In this document: one piece after another, positions 39,528 through 48,168 of the stretch
Position numbering within the stretch: the stretch's first letter is position 1
Layout of the letters: each line of letters starts with the position of its first letter
Assembly: GCA_039809245.1 (NCBI GenBank)
Contig: JBDHUP010000004.1
Location: 12,599-76,598, forward strand
Source: Minisyncoccia bacterium
GTDB taxonomy: Bacteria; Patescibacteriota; Minisyncoccia; Phycocordibacterales; UBA9973
Direction of reading: 5' to 3'
Length of the DNA: 64,000 nucleotides
Position numbers and translations under genes: made by a program
The notes under the pieces: model-generated
What the model saw: only the letters and a program-made list of their open reading frames with translations
The model's database searches: none
What the model was told of the DNA's origin: nothing

Positions 39528-39767
39528 CTACCCTGTTATACCTAGAAGTTCAACAATTTTAGGCTTATTAAAACCTACAACGATATTGTTCCCTATGACT
39601 ATAACTGGTACACCCATTTGACCACTCTTTTCAATCATTTCTTTGCGTTTATCTTGATTACCAGCTACATCGAAATCTTCAAAAGGGACATTCTTTTCTG
39701 TGAAAAATTCTTTAGCCATATGGCAGAAGTGGCATGATGGAGTACTATATATTGTTACTTTATTCAT
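39528..39767 (-). CDS. glutaredoxin-like protein (thioredoxin fold, CHFC active site)
   Basis: TIYSTPSCHFC active site and glutaredoxin/NrdH layout. Confidence 0.7.
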   Translation of the reverse strand: MNKVTIYSTPSCHFCHMAKEFFTEKNVPFEDFDVAGNQDKRKEMIEKSGQMGVPVIVIGNNIVVGFNKPKIVELLGITG

Positions 39768-39850
39768 AATTTTTATTCCGCAACGCGGTGTTATTGATAA
39801 ATGAACCTCTATTATATCATACGAGTAAATATTGCAACACTTGACACCTG

Positions 39851-39921
39851 TGCGGGATACGAGAATCGAACTCGTGTCTCAACCTTGGGAAGGTCGCATG
39901 CTACCACTATACCAATCCCGC
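39851..39921 (-). tRNA. tRNA-Gly (anticodon CCC)
   Basis: GCGGGAT acceptor, anticodon arm CGACC-TTCCCAA-GGTTG, T arm ACGAG-TTCGATT-CTCGT. The D stem is weak. Confidence 0.68.
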
Positions 39922-39924
39922 AAT

Positions 39925-40347
39925 CTACTTACCAAAAATTCTTTTTATAAAATTCCAAAACCCGTGTTCTTGAGACTCTTCAGTAGGTGTAGCCTGATCC
40001 TGATCTTCAACAATCAGAACTTCTTTCTCTCCTGGCTTAACGACTTGAAATTTATCTCTAACGGATTCCTCTACACCTTCTTCTGTGTTTAATTTGTCTA
40101 TATCAGCTGAGAGTTTAGATTCTCGCTTTCTTAATTCATCCATTTTGTTAAGTTCAGAGGCTCTATTCTTACTTGTCTCACGCTCTTTCTTTATAAGTCC
40201 AACCATATTATAAGCAAAGCCTACGAAAACACAAAAAAGTACTATCAAAGCTAGCGGTGAATGCCATAATGCGTATTTATTTTTCTTCTTGAATTCTGAC
40301 ATAAAAACTAGTATAATTATATCATGATTTTCAGCGTGAAAGGCCAA
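39925..40347 (-). CDS. septum formation initiator FtsB/DivIC-family protein
   Basis: Transmembrane helix, coiled coil, and the C-terminal VRDKFQVVKPGE motif. The start may be at MSEFKK. Confidence 0.55.
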   Translation of the reverse strand: MAFHAENHDIIILVFMSEFKKKNKYALWHSPLALIVLFCVFVGFAYNMVGLIKKERETSKNRASELNKMDELRKRESKLSADIDKLNTEEGVEESVRDKFQVVKPGEKEVLIVEDQDQATPTEESQEHGFWNFIKRIFGK

Positions 40348-40430
40348 AAAAGAATGAAAAAAGCTTTTACTATAATATCTATAATAGTTATTATAAGTAT
40401 GATATTGCTCTACCTTCCAGGGTTATTTAA

Positions 40431-42227
40431 TTAGTCACCACTCCTCATCATTTTAAGGAAAACATCATGTGAGATGTTTATTTTTCCTCTGCCAGCCATC
40501 TTCTTCTTTCCCTTCTTTTGCTTCTCTCTTAGCTTCATTTTACGTGTTATATCACCTCCGTACATATGCTGAGTCACATCCTTCATAAAAGCACTGACTG
40601 ATTCGGATGAGATTATCCGGCCAAGAGCTTTACCTTGAATTTTGAAAGCAAACTGCTGACGAGGTATAACTTTCTTTAATCTTTCGACTTGAGTCTTGGC
40701 TTCTTCCTCTACTCTGCGACGCGACACTACTCTCGTAAAAGCGACCATTGGTTCATCGGCTACAAGTATATCTAAGCGAACAACATCAGCTTCCCTGTAC
40801 TCGCCTATTTCATATGATATTGAAGCGTATCCAGAAGTTAGACTTTTTAGTTCGTCAAAGAAATCACGCATAAGTTCACGAAGTGGCATTTCTAAATCTA
40901 TCGAAGATCGGTTATCTCCGAAGTTCTCTGTCATTTTAACCTCAGCTTCATGTTCATAGAAAAATGGCATCAAGAAACTCATATATTTCGAAGGCACTAT
41001 AATCTTCACATCTACCCATGGCTCAAATATTTTCTGGACATTACCGTCATCAGGAAAAAGGTGAGGAGAATAAATCATCTGCTCTTTGCCATTCCTTAGA
41101 ATAACCTTATAAGTGATGGAAGGCATAGTAACCACAAGATCTAGATCGAACTCTCGATTAAGTCGCTCTGTAACTATCTCTAAATGTAGCATTCCTAGGA
41201 AGCCACATCGAAAACCTCTTCCCAAACTACCTGAAGTCTCTTCTTCGTACGAAAATGAAGAGTCTGATAGCTTTAGCTTACCTAAGGCAGCCTTTAACTC
41301 TGGAAAATCATCTGCAGACTCAGGGTAAACAGAAGCCCAAACTACAGGTGAAGGATTCATATATCCGGGAAGCGCAGGGAGTGGGCGCTTTGTATAAGTA
41401 ATAGTATCTCCTACAGATGCGATACCTGGCTTTTTAATACCAGTTACTATATAGCCAATCTCACCTCCACTTATCTTATCTCGTGGAAATTCTTCGGGAG
41501 AAAAAGTTCCAACTTCAAGCGAAATAAATTTTTCATTGGAAACAGCAAAGAGAAGTGATTCCCCCTTTTTAAAGCTTCCGTCTATAACGCGTACGTAAAC
41601 TATAACTCCACGATGGTTGTCATATTTGAAATCAAAAACAAGAGCTCTACCTGAGGTACTCTCTTCGATAACTTTAGGAGGTGGAATTCTTTTAACGAGT
41701 TCATCAAGTAGAGTTTGGACACCTTGGCCAGTCTTACCTGATACCTCTAGGATTGTATCTGGATCAATATCTAAAAGTAGAGCAAGTTCCATCTTCGTCT
41801 CATCTACTCGAGCAAGCGGTGAATCAACCTTCGAAAGTACTGGCACAATAACAAGCCCAGACTCACGAGCCATGCCTAGAGTTGTCAGTGTTTGAGCTTG
41901 CACTCCTTGAGTACTATCCACGAGCAGTATAGAACCCTCTACAGCTTTTAGAGCACGAGATACTTCATAAGAGAAGTCTATATGTCCAGGGGTATCGATA
42001 AGGTTAAGAACATAAGTCTGACCATCAACAATATGCTCCATGCGAACTGGTTGCATTTTAATAGTAATACCACGCTCACGCTCAAGCTCCATAGAGTCTA
42101 GAACTTGGTCTTTCATCTTACGCTTCTCTATTGTACCTGTGACTTCAAGCATACGGTCAGCAAGAGTACTTTTACCGTGGTCAATATGCGCAATAATTGA
42201 GAAATTTCTAATAGACTTAACATCCAT
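40431..42227 (-). CDS. lepA: elongation factor 4 (LepA)
   Basis: NFSIIAHIDHGKSTL G-domain and the LepA-specific C-terminal domain. Confidence 0.93.
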   Translation of the reverse strand: MDVKSIRNFSIIAHIDHGKSTLADRMLEVTGTIEKRKMKDQVLDSMELERERGITIKMQPVRMEHIVDGQTYVLNLIDTPGHIDFSYEVSRALKAVEGSILLVDSTQGVQAQTLTTLGMARESGLVIVPVLSKVDSPLARVDETKMELALLLDIDPDTILEVSGKTGQGVQTLLDELVKRIPPPKVIEESTSGRALVFDFKYDNHRGVIVYVRVIDGSFKKGESLLFAVSNEKFISLEVGTFSPEEFPRDKISGGEIGYIVTGIKKPGIASVGDTITYTKRPLPALPGYMNPSPVVWASVYPESADDFPELKAALGKLKLSDSSFSYEEETSGSLGRGFRCGFLGMLHLEIVTERLNREFDLDLVVTMPSITYKVILRNGKEQMIYSPHLFPDDGNVQKIFEPWVDVKIIVPSKYMSFLMPFFYEHEAEVKMTENFGDNRSSIDLEMPLRELMRDFFDELKSLTSGYASISYEIGEYREADVVRLDILVADEPMVAFTRVVSRRRVEEEAKTQVERLKKVIPRQQFAFKIQGKALGRIISSESVSAFMKDVTQHMYGGDITRKMKLREKQKKGKKKMAGRGKINISHDVFLKMMRSGD

Positions 42228-42233
42228 AGACCT

Positions 42234-42266
42234 ATCCTATCAGAAAAAGGCTTAAAATAAAAGGCT
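42234..42266. repeat. 33-nt repeat copy A (atcctatcagaaaaaggcttaaaataaaaggct)
   Basis: Identical 33-mer also at 44039-44071. Both sit 6-7 nt upstream of a minus-strand start codon. Confidence 0.8.
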
Positions 42267-42271
42267 AAAAA

Positions 42272-44032
42272 TTATTCTATAAATCCTCCAACCTGATGAT
42301 TCCAGAGTTCAGCATAACTACCATTCTTAGCAATAAGCTCTTTATGCGTTCCTTCTTCAACTATTTTACCATCTTCGAGAACTATGATTCTGTCCATTTT
42401 CTGTATGGTTGATAAACGATGAGCTATGACTATGGTGGTTTTACCTTTCATGAGCTCGTTAAAAGCGTCTTGAATATATTGTTCACTAATACTATCAAGT
42501 GAGCTTGTAGCCTCATCTAGAATAAGAACTGGTGCATCTTTTATCATTGCACGGGCAATGGCTATACGTTGACGTTCGCCACCAGAGAGCTTAATTCCTC
42601 TTTCACCAACATACGTATCATACCCATTGGGTAATTTACTAATGAATTCATGAGCATAAGCTTTTTTAGCTACTTGTATTATTTCTTCATCAGTAGCATT
42701 TGGTTTTCCATAAGCTATATTTTCACGTATTGTTCGATGAAAAAGTATAGACTCTTGAGGAACATAAGATATTACACTCCTTAGATCATCTTGAGTTACA
42801 CTTCTTATATCTTGTCCATCTATACTTATATTACCTTCACTGACATCACTAAATCTAAGTACTAAATTAGTAAAAGTAGATTTACCTGCTCCAGAGTGAC
42901 CCACTAGTCCTATTCTCTCTCCTGGCTTTATATCAATGTTAAATTTTTCAAAAACACTTTGTCCATTTTTATACTTAAAAGATACATCTTTAAAAACAAT
43001 ATGGCCTTCTTTTATCTTTATTTTCTCTGGTTTAACTGGATCCAATATATCAGGCTTCACCTCAAAGAGATCTATCATTTCTTTCATATCAGCAGCAGAT
43101 TTCATAAACTTCATAAAAGCTGTACTCAACTGCCACAATTTATCCATCATAATTACAATATATGTCTGAATAAGCACGACAGTACCGGTAGATATTTTAT
43201 TTTGTAACCACAATTTTGCAGTTATATACAAGATTAAACTTAACATTATTGCTGAAAAAAATCCTTGAATAACTTCTATTTTGCCACTAAAAAACCAAGC
43301 TTTTTTGCTTTTTATATTTGCATCTTGTGTAATTTCTTTAAATGATTCTTCTTCTTTATCTCTATTAGAGAAAATTTTAACTGCAAATATATTACTAAAA
43401 ACATCAGCTAATCTTCCTCCAATTCTAGAATCACTCTGAGCTTCAATTGTGTCATATTTTATTTTCTTTTTTAGAAAGAAAAATATTATAGACATATAAA
43501 CAAGTATGAATATTGAGAAAAATAGAGCTATAATTTTTGATTGAGGTAAAATCACAATAAACACACCAATGAAGAAAATAATAGATGAGTAGAAATCATA
43601 AATTAATATATCAAACATAGTTTCAAAAGAACCAACAAAACGCCTTGATTTTGTGACAAGACTTCCAGAAAAATTATTAGAGAAGAAAAGTTGAGATTGT
43701 TTACTTATTTTTCGGAAAGAAAAGTTTCGTAACTCTTTTGCAACATTTACCTCAAAAGCATATATTATAAATTTACAAATTCTCGCAATAGTCGTAACTA
43801 GAAAATTTAAACCTATTGTTATAAAAACAAGTTTAAATAAATCACTTGAAACTGTAATTCTATCAAAAGAAGAGAAAGAAATAGTATCTATGATCTTTTT
43901 AAAATAAACCGGTCTTAAGATCCCTTCAAGAAAAATCCTGGTGCCAAACAGAATAAATATAGAATAAAAAGCAAGTCTATACTTCTTAATCTGTGGCCAA
44001 ACATATTTAAATATAGCTTTAAATAAAGACAT
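42272..44032 (-). CDS. ABC transporter permease/ATPase (type I exporter, MsbA-like)
   Basis: Six-TM domain, then Walker A GHSGAGKST, the LSGGERQR signature, and Walker B ILDEATS. Confidence 0.85.
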   Translation of the reverse strand: MSLFKAIFKYVWPQIKKYRLAFYSIFILFGTRIFLEGILRPVYFKKIIDTISFSSFDRITVSSDLFKLVFITIGLNFLVTTIARICKFIIYAFEVNVAKELRNFSFRKISKQSQLFFSNNFSGSLVTKSRRFVGSFETMFDILIYDFYSSIIFFIGVFIVILPQSKIIALFFSIFILVYMSIIFFFLKKKIKYDTIEAQSDSRIGGRLADVFSNIFAVKIFSNRDKEEESFKEITQDANIKSKKAWFFSGKIEVIQGFFSAIMLSLILYITAKLWLQNKISTGTVVLIQTYIVIMMDKLWQLSTAFMKFMKSAADMKEMIDLFEVKPDILDPVKPEKIKIKEGHIVFKDVSFKYKNGQSVFEKFNIDIKPGERIGLVGHSGAGKSTFTNLVLRFSDVSEGNISIDGQDIRSVTQDDLRSVISYVPQESILFHRTIRENIAYGKPNATDEEIIQVAKKAYAHEFISKLPNGYDTYVGERGIKLSGGERQRIAIARAMIKDAPVLILDEATSSLDSISEQYIQDAFNELMKGKTTIVIAHRLSTIQKMDRIIVLEDGKIVEEGTHKELIAKNGSYAELWNHQVGGFIE

Positions 44033-44038
44033 CGTTAT

Positions 44039-44071
44039 ATCCTATCAGAAAAAGGCTTAAAATAAAAGGCT
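44039..44071. repeat. 33-nt repeat copy B
   Basis: Identical to 42234-42266. Confidence 0.8.
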
Positions 44072-44073
44072 TA

Positions 44074-45762
44074 TTATAGTTCCTTCTGTTCTGGGGCGAT
44101 GACGCGTCCTTTCCAGAATTTACGATTTATAGCTTTAGTTATATCAGCAAGTTCTTTGTTTTTCATTAAAGAAAGGACTAGTATTCCAGAGGCAATACCA
44201 ATTATACCTGACATTAGTCCCTGTAATAGAATTCCAAGTCCAGTTGAAATAGTAAATATATCATCAAAGAATCCGAGAGCTAAGTAAGCCACTGCACCCA
44301 TAACTATTGCCCCAATAGCACTTTGAATAAAGGTGGTAAAAAGTTTTGATGAAGCCCCATGAAGGAAATCCTTCTTGAATAAAATCCATATAAGGAAGAA
44401 GTTAAGCAAAGATCCAAGAGCATAAGCAAGTGGAAGGGCAAGCATCATTGTCCCTGGGACGTCTTTTACACGAAGAAGGCTTTCTAAACTAGAAAGAATG
44501 GAAGGGTAAGAGCGGAATATATCTATGATAATAAAAGCAAAGACTATAACCATAAGCGATGAGAAAACATTAACAGCAAGTGGTTTCTTTGTATTCCCTG
44601 CTGCATAGTACCCACGAACAAAAAGTAAAACTAAACTCTGTGATGTAAGAGAAATGATGAATAATGCCACCGCAGCAGCAGTTAGACGTGTATCTGCCCA
44701 AGTGAAAGTATTTGATCCTAAAATTACACGGACAATCTGAGCACGTAGTACGGCCAAGAGTGTTATTACGGGTAGTGACCAGAATATTATCTGTTTTGAA
44801 GCTGATATTATTTGCCCTATAAAATTATTCATATCCTTCATTGAGAATGACTTCACAAGTATAGGAAATGCAGCGACAGAGTATGATATACCGATAATTC
44901 CTACCGGGACAGACTGTAAGTTATATGAAAATGTAAACAAAGATATGGAACCAGCTTTCAGAGTAGAAGCCATAGCTATAAGAACCACGAAGGCTAAACT
45001 ATTACAAGAAAGCGTAAGAGTTCTAGGAGCAGATATTTTTATCACATTAACAACTTCTTTCCAAATAATTTTTGAAGTAAACTTAGGGAAAAATCCATGC
45101 TTGATAACAATAGGAATCTGTATAGATAGATGGAGTATTGCACCGATTATAACTCCCCCAGCAAGACCATATACTCCAAATAAAGGATACAGGAATATTA
45201 TACCGATTAAGATACCTACATTATAAAATATTGGTGACAATGAAAATATAAAAAAGTTTCTGAATAACTGCGTAATAGTACCAATAAGATTTGATAATCC
45301 TATAAATATAGGTGAGAGTAGCATTATACGACTAGTCATGATAAGTGAATGCAATTGAGATTCACTAAACCCTGGAGCTATATAAGAGGCTATATAAGGC
45401 ATCAGAATTGCAACCAAAAGACTTACTACAACCATAAAAATCATAAAGGCGCTGAATATATTATTTATGAAAGCTTGAGCTCTTTCTTTTCCATGATCTC
45501 CTGAATTTATCTTATCCATCAGAAATGGCATCAAGACTGTAATTGAAGCAAGGGATGCAACAGAGATATAAAGAAAGTCAGGTATACGAAAAGCTGCATA
45601 ATATACATCAAGAACTGGCCCTGCCCCTACAATATGAGCTAAAGTTCTATCACGAATAAGACCTAGCAACTGAGAGAGAAAAGCAAAACCGCCAAGCAGT
45701 AAGGCGGCTTCGTTTACCCCATGAAACTCCTTATTAAGAAATGTCAGAATGCGCTTTACCAT
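44074..45762 (-). CDS. murJ: lipid II flippase MurJ (MviN)
   Basis: 14-TM MOP-superfamily layout. The N-terminus RDRTLAHIVGAG...DVYYAAFRIPD is typical of MurJ. Confidence 0.85.
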   Translation of the reverse strand: MVKRILTFLNKEFHGVNEAALLLGGFAFLSQLLGLIRDRTLAHIVGAGPVLDVYYAAFRIPDFLYISVASLASITVLMPFLMDKINSGDHGKERAQAFINNIFSAFMIFMVVVSLLVAILMPYIASYIAPGFSESQLHSLIMTSRIMLLSPIFIGLSNLIGTITQLFRNFFIFSLSPIFYNVGILIGIIFLYPLFGVYGLAGGVIIGAILHLSIQIPIVIKHGFFPKFTSKIIWKEVVNVIKISAPRTLTLSCNSLAFVVLIAMASTLKAGSISLFTFSYNLQSVPVGIIGISYSVAAFPILVKSFSMKDMNNFIGQIISASKQIIFWSLPVITLLAVLRAQIVRVILGSNTFTWADTRLTAAAVALFIISLTSQSLVLLFVRGYYAAGNTKKPLAVNVFSSLMVIVFAFIIIDIFRSYPSILSSLESLLRVKDVPGTMMLALPLAYALGSLLNFFLIWILFKKDFLHGASSKLFTTFIQSAIGAIVMGAVAYLALGFFDDIFTISTGLGILLQGLMSGIIGIASGILVLSLMKNKELADITKAINRKFWKGRVIAPEQKEL

Positions 45763-45775
45763 TACTTAATAAGAA

Positions 45776-48109
45776 TTATTGTTTTTCTGGTAATTGTTTT
45801 TTTGTTTGTGTGTCTGCTCCTGATGGTGTTGTCACTGCTGAATGTGACACTGAGTTTATAGCATCTTTAACATCTTGATTATCTGGTAGAACTTGTTCAA
45901 GAAGTTTGAATTGGGTTAGAGCATCATTTGCTCGACCCACTTTCTGATATGCTTGACCTAGGAAGAATCTTGCATTTAAGTAGCTATTATTTAGTATTAC
46001 AGCTTTCTCAAAAGCACTAACAGCCCCAGAATAATCAGAATTATTATATCTTAGTAATCCAAGTCTAAAGAAGATTGTAGGGTCATTAGGATTTAGTTGA
46101 GCAGCACGTTCAGCTTGTTTAATAGCTCCCCCTGCATTACCTTCATTTGTTTCTATTTGAGCAAGTAGGAATAGTGCATCAGTATAGTTAACTTTTAAGG
46201 CCAGTGCTTGATCTATTAACTTTCTAGCCTCAGAAGTATTCTTATTTTCAACCTCTAATGAAGCACGAGAAAGAATTACAGAAGGGTTGCTAGGTGCAAG
46301 TTCCTGAGCTTTAGTATACTGAGTCACCGCATTTTCATAACTCTTATCAATACCAATAGAAGCAAATGATCCGTATATGTTTCCTAGATTTACATAGTTA
46401 AGATACTGTTTAGGATTTTGACTAATAGCTGCTGCTCCGGTAGCTTCAGCTGAGTTAACTAACTGTTGGACATTTGACTTCAACGTATCCTCTGATATTG
46501 ATTTGTCATTTATTAAAGCCCTAATTTCTGCAATATAAATCTGAGATAGTGTACGGTAATATACGTCGTTCTTATCAAGTGTAAGAGCGTTCGAAAGCAT
46601 GCTTTCTGATCTTGCTAATGATTCTAGCGAGTCTGTCCCAGTAGAACCTTTTGAGAAGTAAATTATTGAAGTGAATTTTTCTGCATATAGATATGTAGTA
46701 GATAGTGTCGCAATCATAAGAACCATAAGACCTAGTATTGAGAAGAAGCTATTCCTAGGATCATCCAGGAATGAGAAATTCTTTACTGGTATGACATTAT
46801 TCGAAACTAGAATACCTACAAGCATTCCACTTGAAGCAAAAGCAAGTACAACCATAATAATATTAGGTGTATAAAGTATGATACTAACCCAAGCATATAT
46901 AGAAGTTATAATCGTCGTCATTGTGAAATAGTTTGAAAGTCTATTTTGCAATGCAATCTTTAGTGATTTTATACCTCTTATGAAAAATGCTATTAAGAAA
47001 AGTAACCACGCAGCTATACCGAGCACTCCAGTAGTTATAGCAAACGTAGCTAAAGAACTATAACCATTAGTAAAGTCTGTATTCCAGAAAACTGTCTGAG
47101 CTATTGATTGTGGCTGCCAAAGTGACCAGTCAATAACGAATGTATTTGGCCCTGTACCTAGAAGTGGATTATGCTTTATAGCTTTCCAAGCTATTTGAGC
47201 TGTAGTACTTACTGAAGGACGAACATCAATATTTGAAACACTAACATACTTCGCGATAAGACCTCCTATTGAACCACTTCCAACTAGAAAGATAAAGCTT
47301 ATAAACACTACAATAAGTGCTGCAAAAGGAAATTTCTTTGGTTCACTAGGGTTTGCTACAGCTTGAGGTCCTGTATGCTGAATTGAAATACTGTAGACAA
47401 ATATGATAGCAGCGAAAAGACCTACTAAAATCCAAACTAGAGTTATATTAATTATTGCTAAGAAAAATAATCCTATAACAATAAGGAAAATCTGCATTGC
47501 TTTAAAAAGCTTTTTTACTTTTAGAAATTCAAGAGAGAAAACAGATAGGAGAACAATTAGACCAAATAGCAGAGCAAAATCATTCCAACTACCAACAAGG
47601 TTCCCAGATGATATACCTTTTAGAAGACCTGGGGCAAAAGCAAAACCTCCGAAAACATTAACTAGTTCAAAGACAGCAAGTATCATTCCACCTAAGAATA
47701 AGAAAGCGTAGAAATACCAGATACGCTTTTCAGTTTGGAAATAAATTGAAGATAAGAAAAATAACAAGAACAATACGAGCATTGAGCCGAATGTTCCAAT
47801 CTCAAAACCACTTCCAAAGAATGAAGAGTATTTTGAGTAGGAGAAAAATGAAGAGATTAAGAAAACTAGAGGAATCAAAGCTCCAAATAAAATTAACCTG
47901 TCCTTAGGAATCGTAAACTTCCCTTCACCAAGCCTCGCTATTAACCAGAAGAATAATGATAGTGTGACTCCTACAGACACAAGGAACCCTTTACTAGCAT
48001 CGAGAGTTACTGGTAAATAAGGGATAAAGAAAAATAAGGATAAAAATAAGGTACCTAATAGAGTTGTAAATGATAATTTATTAAAAAAGCCTACTGTTTT
48101 TGATTCCAT
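45776..48109 (-). CDS. O-antigen ligase (Wzy_C)-like polytopic membrane protein with C-terminal TPR repeats
   Basis: Many transmembrane helices, then TPR-like repeats (YxxLGxxY, AxxxFxKAxxLxP). Confidence 0.6.
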   Translation of the reverse strand: MESKTVGFFNKLSFTTLLGTLFLSLFFFIPYLPVTLDASKGFLVSVGVTLSLFFWLIARLGEGKFTIPKDRLILFGALIPLVFLISSFFSYSKYSSFFGSGFEIGTFGSMLVLFLLFFLSSIYFQTEKRIWYFYAFLFLGGMILAVFELVNVFGGFAFAPGLLKGISSGNLVGSWNDFALLFGLIVLLSVFSLEFLKVKKLFKAMQIFLIVIGLFFLAIINITLVWILVGLFAAIIFVYSISIQHTGPQAVANPSEPKKFPFAALIVVFISFIFLVGSGSIGGLIAKYVSVSNIDVRPSVSTTAQIAWKAIKHNPLLGTGPNTFVIDWSLWQPQSIAQTVFWNTDFTNGYSSLATFAITTGVLGIAAWLLFLIAFFIRGIKSLKIALQNRLSNYFTMTTIITSIYAWVSIILYTPNIIMVVLAFASSGMLVGILVSNNVIPVKNFSFLDDPRNSFFSILGLMVLMIATLSTTYLYAEKFTSIIYFSKGSTGTDSLESLARSESMLSNALTLDKNDVYYRTLSQIYIAEIRALINDKSISEDTLKSNVQQLVNSAEATGAAAISQNPKQYLNYVNLGNIYGSFASIGIDKSYENAVTQYTKAQELAPSNPSVILSRASLEVENKNTSEARKLIDQALALKVNYTDALFLLAQIETNEGNAGGAIKQAERAAQLNPNDPTIFFRLGLLRYNNSDYSGAVSAFEKAVILNNSYLNARFFLGQAYQKVGRANDALTQFKLLEQVLPDNQDVKDAINSVSHSAVTTPSGADTQTKKQLPEKQ

Positions 48110-48168
48110 TTTTGTTTGATTTTACGAGTAATAATACTAATTATTATACATAATATACCTAGATAATA

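Noticed and set aside
39832-40092. 86-aa plus-strand ORF
   Set aside because: Overlaps tRNA-Gly and the antisense strand of the ftsB-like gene. Spurious.
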